From Blastocladiella emersonii ATCC 22665 (taxonomy: Eukaryota; Fungi; Blastocladiomycota), in the NCBI GenBank assembly GCA_025594325.1, contig JANHCV010000009.1, positions 1 to 64,000 on the forward strand: 64,000 nt of DNA. The letters run 5' to 3'. Under the pieces are notes generated by a model. The model ran no database searches and was not told where the DNA came from. It saw nothing but the letters and a program-made list of their open reading frames with translations. The position numbers and the translations under genes are program-made. Each line of letters opens with the position of its first letter. The first letter of the stretch is position 1. This document shows, piece after piece, positions 1 through 11,863 of this stretch.

Positions 1-1000
1 AATTTGTAATCATTGTTTTTTTCGCCAGATTAAAATATTACGTAATCCTGCTTTACGAATACACTCCACGTAATATATTTGAATTTATAAAATTATACAC
101 AAGACGATTGTCCAGTCAGAACTGCGTAATCCTTATCACGTTCCGCCGTCCATTTCGAAAAGTGTGTTTGGCGTTATTATTTCATTGTTTTCTGCTCTAC
201 TCTCGTTTTCTATTCTCCTCTATCACTCGCATTGATTGCTGTTCAGGTTTACCCGCTACATGAAGCACTAAGTCTACGACATTTGCTGCTCATGCAATTC
301 GCAACCAAGTCGTACCACGCCGACCTTCTTCTGCGCAGGTTCTATTAGTGGACAGTCATTCGTATCACTGTGCGGGCCTTTTAATAATGAATCGTGGGGA
401 TTCGTTCACAATCCTCGTTTTCGCTTGAGTTCGCTTGCGCCGCAGCACTTGGTTTGCCTCAATTCTGCTCAAGTTTCGCACTTTTCTCTTCGCCCAGTAC
501 GACTTCTTCTGGATTGCTGGCACCGTGTGGCTATTCTATTTATCCACACTTATCCGCGTTGACTTGCTCTGTAACGCATGCTCGTAAAGTCGATTCTCAG
601 CCCCCTTGCATTAGATCCGTCACGCGGTCTCGAAGTATTTACGGAATGCCTGCACCGACTCCCAGAGGCCCATCCTCCCTCTCAAGAGTCTACAGTTTAA
701 AACGCGGGGTGTACAGACGCGCGCGCGTGCAGAACTTTGCAATCACGCTTTGCTTCGCTTCCACGCGGAAGACCGACCCATGGCTCTCTCGTTGTCCAGC
801 GCAACCTTTTTGTGATTTCTGGCCGCGTTTTGGCTCGTTGATGGCGCGCTCCATACACATGTAGACTCGCGTCGCGCGTGGGTTTGAGATGCACTTTGAC
901 CAGGTCCGATCCCCTTAGTCGTCCAAGCCCACGTCCCACACATTTTCTGAGGCAACAACGCGCCGTTAATACCCTGCTTTATAAGTTTCTTTCTTCGCTT
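1..1000. other. Relatively AT-rich non-coding segment at the window start
   Basis: Visibly richer in A/T (e.g. taaaatattacgtaat, gaatttataaaattatac) than the rest of the window. ORFs 394..864, 697..939 and 743..958 show no recognisable motif. The right boundary is approximate. Confidence 0.5.
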
Positions 1001-2959
1001 TGCTTTCTATTTGCTGCGTGAGCGCGGCGTGTGGGGCGCAGATGCGCTAAGAGTGCGTGATCCCGCTCAGTTCTTGCGCATCCTAGCAGCGAGGCCATCG
1101 CGTAACGATGCTCCGCGCCGTTTGTTCAGTGCGCAAGCGTTCGCCAATACCGCATCGCGAGACAGGGAAGCGTGACAGTTGTAGTACTCGTTGATGAGCG
1201 CGCACACGCGCTGCAAGTTGATGGGCGTGGCTGCGAACGCGTCCGCCGCTATGAGGCCAGGCGGCGGCGCAGATGATGCTGGTACGGAGCTGCAGCAGTT
1301 GACTGAGAGTAAGGCAGCTGTGTTGGTCGCGCATGCAGCGTCTCCGATTCCGTTACAACAGCTTTCAGAGGCTCACAAGTCCAATCGCGACGGCCGCGGG
1401 GCGAGGAAAAGCGTATCTACACACCCGGCGACGCGGCAAGCAGTTGCGCCACGAAGATCGCGTGGTTGCAACGCAGTTTGCTATTGACGCGGCGCGGCTG
1501 ACGTGAGGTCGAGTAGCTCTTTGCTGCTTCAGGGCGCACTCGCCGCGCGCTCTGTCCAAATTGCGTCCTATTTGCGGCGCGACGGCGGACTCACAGTCGC
1601 AATCAAGGCAGACGGCCATGGCAGTGGCGCGCGGGTCACGCAATCGGGTGCACGGGTCGACCTAGCAGGCGAGTCATATGCGCGGGCTCACAATCGCGAT
1701 AAGAATAAGCGCGCAAGAGCAGCGACACGCCCGCGACCACGACCGCTGGCGGAGCGATGCCCGCGAGCAACGCGGCATCGAACAGCACCGCTGCACTGCC
1801 CTCAGCGCTACTCCCGTATACAACGCGACGAGCACACAGTCCCTGCACGCGCTCGGTCGAATCGCGTGCGGGCGTTGCGCGCACTGATGGGTCAAACGCG
1901 GTGGTGAATGGCGCATGCAGACGGGTGTGACGGGCGCGACGGCAGCTGGCGCACGCGGCGGGAAAAGCACATGGGCAGGGCGAGCTCGCGTCACGCGACG
2001 GGTGCGCGCGGGAAGATGCACCGCGCGGTCGGTGTGATGGGCACGTGCACCACGGCGAGCGCGAGCGGGACCTAGGGCGACAAGAACGTGGTCCCTGTAC
2101 ACGCAACAATGGACCGCGCCCGTGGGCGGCGGGACGAGCGCGCAGGCGAACGGGACAAGCGAGCGAGCGAGCGGGTGAGGCGAGTTCACGGCCGCGATTG
2201 CAAGGGACGGCGACGGGACGGGTACTGGTTGATCGTGTGCGTGGCGAGCGCGCTTTGTTGCGGCGCAGCGGGCGCGCAACTGCGACCTGCTTGAGCCCCG
2301 TCGCGCAGCGCTGTGAGCGCCGCGGGCTCGAACGCCAGGTCGATATCAAGCGAGGGCCGCCCTATCATGGTTGCGTAGACACAGCGGGGAGCGGCAAGAA
2401 CGAGCGACTCGCCGTCTTGGCGGCGAGCGCCGCCACCTTGTCTCACGGACGGTTGGCGGATTGCGACATGTCCCGCACGCGATACTGCCCGCATCCCGCG
2501 GTGCGCCGTGTACACGCGGCGACGCACGGCTCCGCCCCGACGCGCAGGGCCAGCTCCGTGGTCTCATTGGAAGGGCGGACAAGTCGCAGCAAGAGAGGTC
2601 ATGTATCATTTGCGACAAGTTGCATAGAGTGCGGTAGAGTTCCAAGCCAGTAAGAGGGAGGGGACGAGGGAGTGGAGAGGGAGAGGGAACCAGGAGCGGC
2701 GCGGCCTCGCGTGGCTGCGGATTGAAGTGACAGGAGCCCCTTCGGCTGGTGTTGTGCGACCCGCTCCCGCCGCCTCTCTCTGCACCTACTCCAAACCTGT
2801 GTGCTCCCTACTCGCCCTCACCTCTCGCAACTTGCTGCAATGCTATCAACCAAACATCGCCAATCTGCACTTCGCCCGCACCGTCCTCGCCGCTGCCGCA
2901 AGTGAGTCGGCTGCACCTGGCCCGGACACCCTCTCCACCCTCGCTTCTCCTTCCCCGAG

Positions 2960-3900
2960 TCTGCGCCATCACCGCTGGACCGCCACGCCAAGGAGGCCGC
3001 CTTCACCGCGCTCGCTGCCGTGCTCGCCGACCCGCACTTCACCCGCGCCGTCGTCGCCGCGTGCTGCCCGCTCGTCCTCGACCTCGTCGCACTCATCGTG
3101 CACGCCGCTCTGCAGAACGAGTCGCCCTCCCGCAGCCCCGCCAAGTCGGCTCCCGGCAAGCGCCGCCGGACCGCTTCGCTCAGCGGTGCATCTGAGGATG
3201 CCAACGGTGCGCTCGCTGCGCGCGCAATCCGCCACATAACTCGTCCCTGATGTCCGAACTCGGCCCCCTCTCTCTCTAGCCATGGACGTGGATGCCGCGC
3301 CACCGACCGACCGCGTCGTCCATCGCCGCACCGACGGCGCACGAGTCGATGGGCATCGCGCTCGCCACGCACCGCCTGCTCGCACATGCCCCTGCGGTCT
3401 GCGGCATGTGGAACATGCACCCGCTCCGCTGAACGTGCTCGTCGACTCGCCCGTCCTCGCTCCGCGCGCGCGTGATCGTCACGCGCATCCTCGCCGAGTG
3501 CTTTGCAGTCGCCGGCGCCGAGCGTGTGGTGATTGTCTGCGGCGCGCCCGACGGCGACGCCGACTACGCATTTGAGTTCGCCGCGCGTAACACCCGTCGT
3601 GAGCGGGTTCGCTGCCGTTCCCGCCGAGAACCCGCCAACGAGGGCCCGATTATCCCGCGCCCGCCCCTCCTCCTGCGCCACTCGCTCGCGTCACTCGTCC
3701 ACTCGCCCGTCCTCGCCCCGCACGCGCGCGTGCCCAACACGCACCTCGCGCCCGCCGCCGACGGCCTGATCGAGCGCGCGGGCGTCAAGCGGTGGCGCCC
3801 GCTCCTCGCCGCGCGGGTGGACTGGCGCGCGTAGAGCCCCGCGCTCGCGCCGCTCCGCGTCAGCGGCGACAGCCTCGCGGTGCTCCTCGACCGCATGGCC
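2960..3900 (+). pseudogene. Midasin (MDN1/Rea1)-like N-terminal fragment, degenerate
   Basis: Peptides AFTALAAVLADPHFTRAVVAACCPLVLDLVA, ALATHRLLAHAPAVCGMWNMHPL and VIVTRILAECF resemble the midasin N-terminal motifs as recalled (L..LL.P..T..I...FRP.LLDL.ARW; YRLL...LWDWSPL; VR.LA..L). A phase-compatible intron lies at 3207-3279 (gtgcgc...ctctag). There are frameshifts and in-frame stops (e.g. TAG 3832-3834). Family call is from memory, with no database search. Confidence 0.55.
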
Positions 3901-3961
3901 GCGGCGAACTCCGCCCGCGGCAACCACGTGCGTCATCATTGCGGCGCGCGCGGCGTGCGAC

Positions 3962-5862
3962 ATGGGCGTGGCGAGCCGCCGCCTCGAGGAGCGCACCGAC
4001 GCGCGCGACGACCAGTTCGAGCACAAGCTGCGCTGTCTCATCGACTCGGCGACGCGGACCAGGCGCGCGCAGGCGACCGTCGACCACGTCCAGTGCCCCG
4101 CCCCGCCCGACGGCGACGCTGGGGACGGCCCGATCATCACGCGCGAGCCCGCCGAGGTCAGGCGTGTCGTCGCCGAGCAGGTCCAGGGCTGGTTCAGCCG
4201 ATACGAGGACGGCGACGGCGACCCCGACGCGCAGCTGCCCGGCCGGTGGCAGCACGCGTTTGCGCCGCTCCAGCGCATCATCGACGACGTGTGGGACGGG
4301 CTCATGGCCGCGCCGACGCACAAGGAGCTCACCGACGTGCTCGCCGCGTCGGGCAAGGACAAGGCGCCCGGCGGCACCGGGCTCACGGTCCGGCTCCTCG
4401 AGCGGGCCGGCGAGAAGACGCACACGGCGCTGCTCGCCCTGCTCGCGGCGTGCCTGCGCACGCGGTCCGCGCCCGCGTCGTGGAAGACGGGCCTCATCTA
4501 CCTGATCCCCAAGACGAGCGCCGGGTTCACGGGCAACGCGACCAACTCGCGCCCCTTCACGCTGCTCGAGACCGCGTCCAAGGTGCTCATGAAGATCCTG
4601 CTCGAGCGCATGCACCCGGTCCTGCGCGAGCACGACGTCCTGCAGGGCGCGCGGTACTCGGCGATCCCGGGCACCGACACGACGACGATCCTGCACGCCG
4701 CCGCGCTCAAGGCGCGCATCGAGGACGGTCCGCTGTGGGCCTACTTCGAGGACAAGTCCAAGGCGTTCGACTCGGTGCCGCACGCCCTGCTCAAGCGCGC
4801 CATGCGGCGCATCCGGCTGCCGCCCGAGTTTGTCGACTTCTACTTTGACGGCATGCTGCACGGGCGCACGGCGCGCGTGCTCACAGCGTACGGCCTGTCG
4901 GACGAGGTCCGCATCGAGCGCGGGTTCCCGCAGGGCGCCGTCGAGTCACCGCTGCTGTGAACCTGTGCGAGATCAACCGGCTCACGGTCGAGACGGGCGA
5001 CGCCGACCACGACGAGGACGCGCGCGGGTTCGGCATCACGCTCGAGGCCGGGTCGGGGCTGCGCCACGTCGGGCCCAACCGCGGGTTTGCGGCGCCGCCG
5101 TTCACGTTTCGCGCGTCGCACCGCCAGCTCGACACGCTCCGCGTCGCCGCCGTCGCCTACATGGACGACGCCGTCTTCTATGCATCCGACCGCGACCACC
5201 TGCAACGCATCGTCGACATTGTGGACGACTTCAACGGGCTCACGCGCATCAACGCGAACCCGGCCAAGGGTGCGGTCCTCCGCATGCTCTCCAAGTGGGA
5301 CGACGGCGTGCTCACGGGCGGGCCCAACGACCCGCGGAACGCGCCCATCGTCGTGCGCGGCGTCCCCGTCCCCTGGGTCGGCAAGTCGTCCCGCTACCTG
5401 GGCGTGTTCATTGACCACGCCATGCTCGGCCGCGAAGCAGCCAATACGTGCCTCGCCCTGCTCAAGGACCGCCGCATCACGGGCAAGGCCGCCGTGTACC
5501 TGCTCAACGCCGTCTTCTTCACCGCCGCAGCGTACTGCTCGCTGTTCCGCGTGCCGTCGCTCGCGCAGCTTGACCGCATTGACCAGTCAGCGCGCGCGCT
5601 CGTGCGCCGCAAGTACAAGCTGCCCAACACGTTCCCCACAGCCATGCTGCACGACCGCGACATCATCGGCCTGCATTCGCTGGCCGACCTGATCACGCAG
5701 CAGCACGTCACCGACCTGTGCGTGATGCTCAACGACCCGCGCCCGCACGGCGTGCCTGCGCGCTACGAGCTCGGCATCCTCCAGTTCCAGACGCAGTGCG
5801 CGTTCTCGCCGCTCGAGTGGCCCGACCTCGCGCTCGTGCCCATGTCCAACCAGCTGCCGTGA
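3962..5862 (+). pseudogene. Reverse transcriptase domain of the LINE, split by a frameshift/deletion at ~4958
   Basis: ORF 3962..4960 ends at SPLL-TGA, where SPLLW... is expected. ORF 4957..5862 continues in another frame with the YMDD catalytic motif and the YLG thumb motif. Confidence 0.85.
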
Positions 5863-6458
5863 GTGTGGTTCGACAACTAGCTGCTGCTCATGCGGCGGCG
5901 CAGGATGTCGATCGTGGACCGCCGCCGCGACTACAACCTCATCGTCGCCGGCAACTGCACGCCCACGGTCCTCGTCGCGCCTGACATGACGGTGCGCGGC
6001 AAGAAGAACCAGGACCGCGTCTGGACCAAGAACCTGATCCGGTGGCTGCCCCTGTACACGCTCGAGACGCTGCTCGAGTACCCACCCGACAACGACGACG
6101 GCCTCATCGGGCGCAAGTACACGCTGCCGATGCTCCGCCGCATGGAGACCAAGGACGTGCGGCAGCTCGTCAAGGAGTTCCACGTGCCGCTCACGGACAA
6201 CGGCAACGCGCGCATGAACGCCGACGACCGCCACGTCGCCCAGATCCTGCTCGACGTGGCGAACCGCAACCACGCCCGGATCACGGACATCAGCCACGGC
6301 CAGGAAATGTACCCGCCCGCGCCGCCCATGGACGACGATCCGCCGCGCCCGCCGGCGCGCCGTCGCTCGTCTTCCGCCACACCCGCCCCCGCCCCGCCGC
6401 CGCGCTCATCGATCCTGTCCGCGCCGTCGGGTTCCAGATCATGCCCACCCCGGGCAAC

Positions 6459-6966
6459 GTCGTCCTCGCGTACACGGACGGCTCGTACTACGCGGACCGC
6501 CCGGGCCCCGAGGGCGTCGCGCGCGCGGGCTCCGCCGCCGTGTTCCCGCTGCCCGACGACTACGACACGGCCACGCGCCACGATGCTGATTGCCGCGCGG
6601 CCGCCAACGGCGTCACGGACGACGACGTGGGCCACATCGCCGCCGCCAAGCTGCCGCCCGGCCCGTTCTCGTTGACGCGCGCCGAGATCCAAGCGTTCGT
6701 CCTCGCCATGTCGCAAGTCGCCGCCGGGACCGCGCTGCACATCTACTCGGACTCGCAGGCCGCCATCGAGGCCGCGCGCACGCAGCTCTCGCCGACGGCG
6801 ACGGTGCGCCAGCGCGTCCGGTGCGCGTCGAGCGACCTGTGGTCCGCGCTCCGCCTCGCGCTGCGCGACCGCAACGTCAAGGTCACCTTCTCGTGGGTCC
6901 GCGGCCACGCTGACGACCCGACCACGCCCAACAACGCCGCCGACTGCGCCGCCAAGGCCGCGGCGA
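6459..6966 (+). pseudogene. RNase H domain of the LINE
   Basis: In ORF 6042..8513: VVLAYTDGS ... TRAEIQAFVLA ... IYSDSQAAI ... FSWVRGH ... NNAADCAAKAAA, which gives the full D-E-D-H-D RNase HI signature. Confidence 0.85.
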
Positions 6967-8131
6967 ACCAGCCGTCCGCCACCGACGCGTACTTTTCGAA
7001 ACGCACGCGCACCGAGTCGGACCTCCACCACGTTCCAGCCTGTTTCGACCACGAGATTGGCGGCGACTCGCGCAAGTTCATGCGCGACCTCGCGCAGGCC
7101 GACGCGGTGCTCGCCGAGAACGTGGCGCACCTCGCGCTCGCGCAGCCGCCGCCGCCCGAGCCCGTACCCACCAACGCCGCTGCAGCCGCCGCTGTAGCAG
7201 CTGCGAACGCCGCCGCCGCCCAGGCCGAGGAGCTCGACTGGGAGGCGACCGCGCTCGCGCCCCACGGCGGGTCGCGCCCACTCGTGCGCCGCACCTCGCG
7301 CGACCAGAACAAGGAGACGTTGTTCCGCCTGCGCGCGCTCGCCAACAAGCTGCCGTGCCGCGAGTCGCTGCACTCGGTCGGCCGCATCGCTGTGCCCACC
7401 TGCGGCAGGGCCAAGTGCGCCGCCGAGCCGAACCCCAAGGCCCGCTGCATCCAGTGCTGGGACGCCGACTTCAAGGCATCTCGGTGCTCGTGCGGCCTGC
7501 AGGATACGCCGTTCCACTGGTTCCAGTGCAAGCTCGTGGACGAGCAGCGCGTCGAGACGCTCAACCAGATCTCCGAGTCGTGGCTCAGCCAGCTCACGTC
7601 TGTCGGCGCGGCCAAGCACGACGCCGCCCTGAACCCCGCCGCCGGCACGCTGATCGACGCGCTGCTCGGCCCTGACCTGCTGCACGTCATGCACCTCGAC
7701 GTCAACACGCTGCGCGCCGACCGCGACGCAGCGTTCGCGACCCGCGTCGCGGCGATCCCTGCCTGGGCGATCGCGCGCCGCGACGTAAAGGAGGCTGGTC
7801 TGTCGATCCCGGGCGAGGACGCGCTGCCGCCGCTTCTCGACCTGCCCGATGCCGCCGCAATTCGCCTGTTCTCCCGCGCCATCACGCGTGGCGCGGTGCA
7901 CGCGCGCCGCGAGTTCCTGGGCAGCCTGGCCGCCGCCGCTGCCGCGATCGCGCTCCACCCGCTCCCGTCCCCGCACCACCTCGAGGTCAAGGGTATTCGC
8001 GGCCCCGCCCTGCGGAAGCCCATGCTCACCTGGTTCGCCCGCGGCCACGCGGCCCGCGAGTTCATTACAGCCGCCGTCGCGCCTGCCTGCATGCTCCACC
8101 ACGGGCTCGACGCCGACGACGCCGACGACGC

Positions 8132-9600
8132 CGTCATGAGCGGGTTCGCCGCCGTCCCCGCCGAGCTCGTCAACGAAGGTCAAGTCGTCCCGCACCCGCC
8201 GCTGCTCCTGCACCACTCGTCGTGCCACTGTACCCGCTCCTCGGCGCACTCGAAGCCGGCATGGCCGCCGCGATGCTCGATTCCGCGGTTTTGGGGGACG
8301 CCCACGCCGCGCTCCCCGTCCTCCTGTGGGCGTGGTCCATGTGGTCGCAGTGCCTCGTGCAGCACGAGCTCAACCTGCAGCTCGACCTCACCGCGCTCTA
8401 GCGCGACCTCGTCGCCGCCCGCATGCACCTTTTGCGCAACGTGCCCGCGACGTGACCGCGACGCGGATCGCGAGCGCGACCGAGATTGTCTCGACCGCGA
8501 CGTCGAACCTTGAGCAGCTCGGGCTCGCCTGGATCCACCTCGTGCTCGCGTTCATGGAGCTACCACTACATGCGCCAGCTGCAGGGAAGCCTCGAGCTCG
8601 AGCTGCAGGTGCGCCTCGCGCTGCAGATCCGCGAAAACGACATGTCCACCAACCCGACCATCGAGTGGCTCCGCGCGCGCCTCGCGGCGGTCCCGAGCCG
8701 CTGCTGCCCATCATCACCCAGAAGAGCGACGCGCTGTCCCACAACCAGAACACGCCCGACCTCCCCGCGCCCACCACGTCCGCGTTTGGCCACGCGCTCC
8801 ACCACTACCCGGAGCCGTGCGCCACGCAGCTCGCCGCCGCGCGCGCGTACCACGACGCCCGACTCGGCCCGATCCTGTCCCGGTTGGTGCAGCTCGCGTG
8901 CGTCGCCGAGGTCCCGCTCCCGCTCGCCGAGCTCATGGCGGAGCTCACCATGCACGAGGCGTCGACTCTGCTGCAGGTGCGCAAGAAGGCGTTGGCCGAC
9001 CCAAGCACTTCCGCGACATGGGCCTGTCGTGGCGCCACGCACACATCCCCGTGTCCGAGGACGTGGTCGTGCTGCCGCCCATCGCCGCGCGTCGCCTTCA
9101 AGCCGCTCGTCGACGAGGTGACCGTCTACCACCTCCGCCTCGTCGCGCTCATGACGACGACGGCCAAGGTGCTCAGGAATCGCTCGCACGCCATCCAGCA
9201 CAACCAGGTCGAACGCGCCGTCGGGTACGCCGCCGACCTGTACAAGCTCGTCGTCACGGAACGCCGCGCGCTCGCGCCGGTCATCGCCCTCGTCGCGGAC
9301 CTTGACGCGCTCACGGCCGTCGACGCCCCTTCGGGCCACTGGACCGCGGACCCCGCCATCGTCCGCGAGCTCCTCGCGCTCAGCTCCATCGTGCTCGTCA
9401 CCAAGCTCGTCCTCGCGCTCGACCTGCGCAGTCCGCGCGCCGCGCCCGCCGTAAACGGCGCTCCGCGACGCCTGCACCGACTTCCTCGGCCGCTTCCGCG
9501 CCGCGTACCCGAGCGATACGGAAGCGGTGTCTGTCCTCAACGCGGCCCTCCCGCGCGAGTGGTTCGCGGCCAAGGCCCCCGCCTGCGCTGAACTCGAATC
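8132..9600 (+). pseudogene. Degenerate gene fragment resembling the midasin linker region
   Basis: GC3-rich, coding-like sequence broken by stops (e.g. TAG ~8398) and frameshifts. Peptides LGLAWIHLVLAFMEL and YMRQLQGSLELELQVRLALQIRENDMSTNPTIEWLRARL resemble the recalled midasin linker motif (G..WI.LG....L.P..DPA.K...K..Y....L..E...R). Confidence 0.4.
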
Positions 9601-9767
9601 GCACGCGCGCACAGCGGCCCCGTTTCTACTTTAGGGCCCGTTTGGTTCCGGGGTGAATCAGGTGGATCAATCGATTTTACACGGTCCGGTGTTCACCCAG
9701 CTGAAACGTGGCATTTTCACCCCGTCGCGTTCATCGCGGCGTTTGGGTCGACCCCCGGATGAGCTGA

Positions 9768-10232
9768 ATGGAACCCTCGTCGCTGAATTGCCCGTCTGCT
9801 CGCCCCCGAAACCTTCAGGCTGTGCTTCCCGGCCTATATAAACGCTGTTTTCCTTCGTGGGGCGGCTCGACCACCACCGGCGAGTACTCGCACCTCGAGC
9901 AGGACGGCAAGGAGTCTGGTGACGTGGAAGGTGTCGATGGTCAAGACGACGCGGCCCCCGCCAGCAAGCGCAGCCGCACTTCGGACAGCAGCTCGCGTCG
10001 CCTCTCGGACTCGGAATTCCTCATGGGCATCAAGGAGGTGTTCCAGAGCGTCGCGACCGCCGACTCCAAGCCCGTCCTGACCGCCGCACTTGAATGGGTC
10101 CAGGACGCGTACAACGACAATGAAGAGTACCAGATCGACGTCGCCACCCGCCTGACCGAGGATCAAGCGCTTCGCGTCATGGCCGTGTCCGAATCGAAGC
10201 GCAAGCGCATCCTCGAGATTTTCATTCAGTAG
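9768..10232 (+). CDS. Harbinger accessory ORF, apparently only the C-terminal part of the Myb/SANT-like DNA-binding protein
   Basis: 154 aa lying inside the TIRs, convergent with the transposase. Contains GGSTTTGEYS (like the post-Myb .G..ATG..A motif), an acidic/NLS-like stretch (ASKRSR) and a helical C-terminus. No Trp-spaced Myb helices are visible. Confidence 0.55.
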   Translation: MEPSSLNCPSARPRNLQAVLPGLYKRCFPSWGGSTTTGEYSHLEQDGKESGDVEGVDGQDDAAPASKRSRTSDSSSRRLSDSEFLMGIKEVFQSVATADSKPVLTAALEWVQDAYNDNEEYQIDVATRLTEDQALRVMAVSESKRKRILEIFIQ

Positions 10233-10545
10233 CTCACTCGCACATGTCCCCCTCCCCTCGCGTTGCTTCCTGGCCTTGTTCTCGCCCATTTGTGTCCAAT
10301 ACATCTGGCTTTGTGTCCATCGTATCTTCAATCGTTACCCTTCGCTCGAAAATGACGCGACTCGTTGAGAAACGCGTGGTTCGCAAAGTGTCTCACACGT
10401 CACGTGATTGATCGACGCGTCTCCACCGATGCGTTCTGACCTCAGCGACGCGTCAAATCATCTAGAATCGCTTATATAACATTATAGTACTTGACAAATC
10501 AGTATATTACAGCATGCATGCGGGTACAACAATTATTTCGCGCCT

Positions 10546-11863
10546 TCAAAGACGGGTCCCACGAGCGGCCATGACGCGCCTGTACTCGGTCCAAAGAACA
10601 TTTGCGATGCGGTTCCGAAGCGAGATACCGCGCTGACGAGCTCCGTCCAGCGAGGCCTCGAGGACAGCGGCCTCGTCGTCCTCCTCGTTCTCGTCGTTCA
10701 GGGGCTCGCGCCCACGCACACGCGCCTCACGCGCCGCGTCCCGCGCGCGCCGGAGCTCCGTCTCGGCGTCGCGAAAGAAGGCGTCGCCGCCTTGGTTCCA
10801 CTTGTTGATCATGTTGTGCAGCGTGCAGAGCGCGTACACAAGCTTGACTTGAGTCTTGATTGGGTAGGCCGCGCCAATCGAGAGGACGCGGAACCGCTTC
10901 TTGAGCACGCCAAAGATACGCTCAACAGAGTTGCGGAGCGACGCGTGACGCAGATTGAAAAGCTCCTCGCGGTTCTTAACTCTACGTACGTTGATGAAGC
11001 GGATGAGATGGCGCCAACGTGATGGTCATGGCAGTGAGAACGTACCCATCCTTGCCGCGGGCAAGCTTGCGAAGATGATAGCGGGTACCGCGGAAGGGCA
11101 CGATGATGGACGTGCGGTTTGCGTAGCCGCCGTCGGCGAGGTAGAAGCGGCCGGCGGGGATCTTGAACCCACGGGCGAAGGCGTCCGAGAGCACGCGCGA
11201 GTCATGCGCCTTGCCCTCCCACCCTGCGAGAACATAGGTGAAGTTCAAGTCAAAGTCGCAGGCAGCGAGGACATTTGAGGATATGGTCCCCTTGCGGTTT
11301 CGGAACGAGTCGTGAAGCTTAGTGGGCACAACAAACGGGATGTGCGTTCCGTCAAGCGCGCCGACCGCGTTCTGGAACGGAGCGTATTTCGGGTCGTGGG
11401 CGATGCGCTCATGCACGGGCGTAGAATCGGACGGCTGGACAATGAACTCGGGCATCAGGCGGTACAGAGCGTCGAGCACTTGCTTCAGAACCCTGGACGC
11501 GGTCTCGCCAGAGATTTGGAACCGCTCCCTGAGGTTGCGGTTGGTGCTGCCCTCGCCGGCCATGACAAGAAAAACCATGAAGCGCGCCTCGACGGACAGC
11601 TCGCGGCCGTCGGCGAGAAGGCCACGGTCGCGGAACAGGCGGCAGATGGCCTTGAAGGTCTCGCGGGGCATACGGGCGATTTCCGAAAAACGCGTTTCGC
11701 TGTTGCACGTCAGCAGCTCTTGAACCCACGACTCGCCAGAAAGCGTGGACGTGCGGATAGGCTCCCACGAGCGGCGCTCGTTGCGCGCAGCGAGACGTCG
11801 CAGGAGAGCGAGGGCGGCCGTGAGCATGAGGCCGCGCAGCTTGCGGTTGTATCCCTTGCCCAT
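10546..11863 (-). CDS. PIF/Harbinger transposase (DDE_Tnp_4 type), 417 aa, join(11863..11046,10981..10546)
   Basis: ALDGTHIP, FRNRKG, NVLAACD, AGWEGKAHDSRVL, YLADGGY, then after a 64-nt intron (10982-11045, gtacgt...cgtag) KNREELFNLRHASLRNSVERIFGVLKKRF and LCTLHN. Splicing restores a single open frame with all three D/D/E residues. Confidence 0.95.

Larger units (their letters stand above)
3962..8130 (+). mobile_element. Decayed non-LTR retrotransposon (LINE) ORF2: RT, RNase H, C-terminal Cys/His finger; 5'-truncated (no endonuclease seen)
   Basis: RT motifs KAPGGTG, IYLIPK, NSRPFTLLET, EDKSKAFDSVPH, RGFPQGAVESPLL, AYMDD and YLGVF. RNase H motifs YTDGS, RAEIQA, IYSDSQAAI, WVRGH and NNAADCAAK. 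Finger motif C..C...DTPFHWFQC. Frameshifts near 4958 and ~6350-6400, and stops at 5860 and 5878. Boundaries are approximate. Confidence 0.85.

Noticed and set aside
1083-2653. Cluster of ORFs at 1.1-2.65 kb
   Set aside because: Arg/Ala-rich translations in all frames with no motif. A weakly coding-like minus-strand stretch near 1080-1340 has no start or homology I can support.
4957-4960. Programmed frameshift or stop readthrough in the LINE RT
   Set aside because: There is no slippery sequence. The junction appears to lack several conserved residues after SPLL, and the element has other lesions, so mutational decay is the simpler reading.
9631-9636. TTAGGG telomere seed
   Set aside because: A single copy, fully explained by the TTA target duplication plus the start of the Harbinger TIR.
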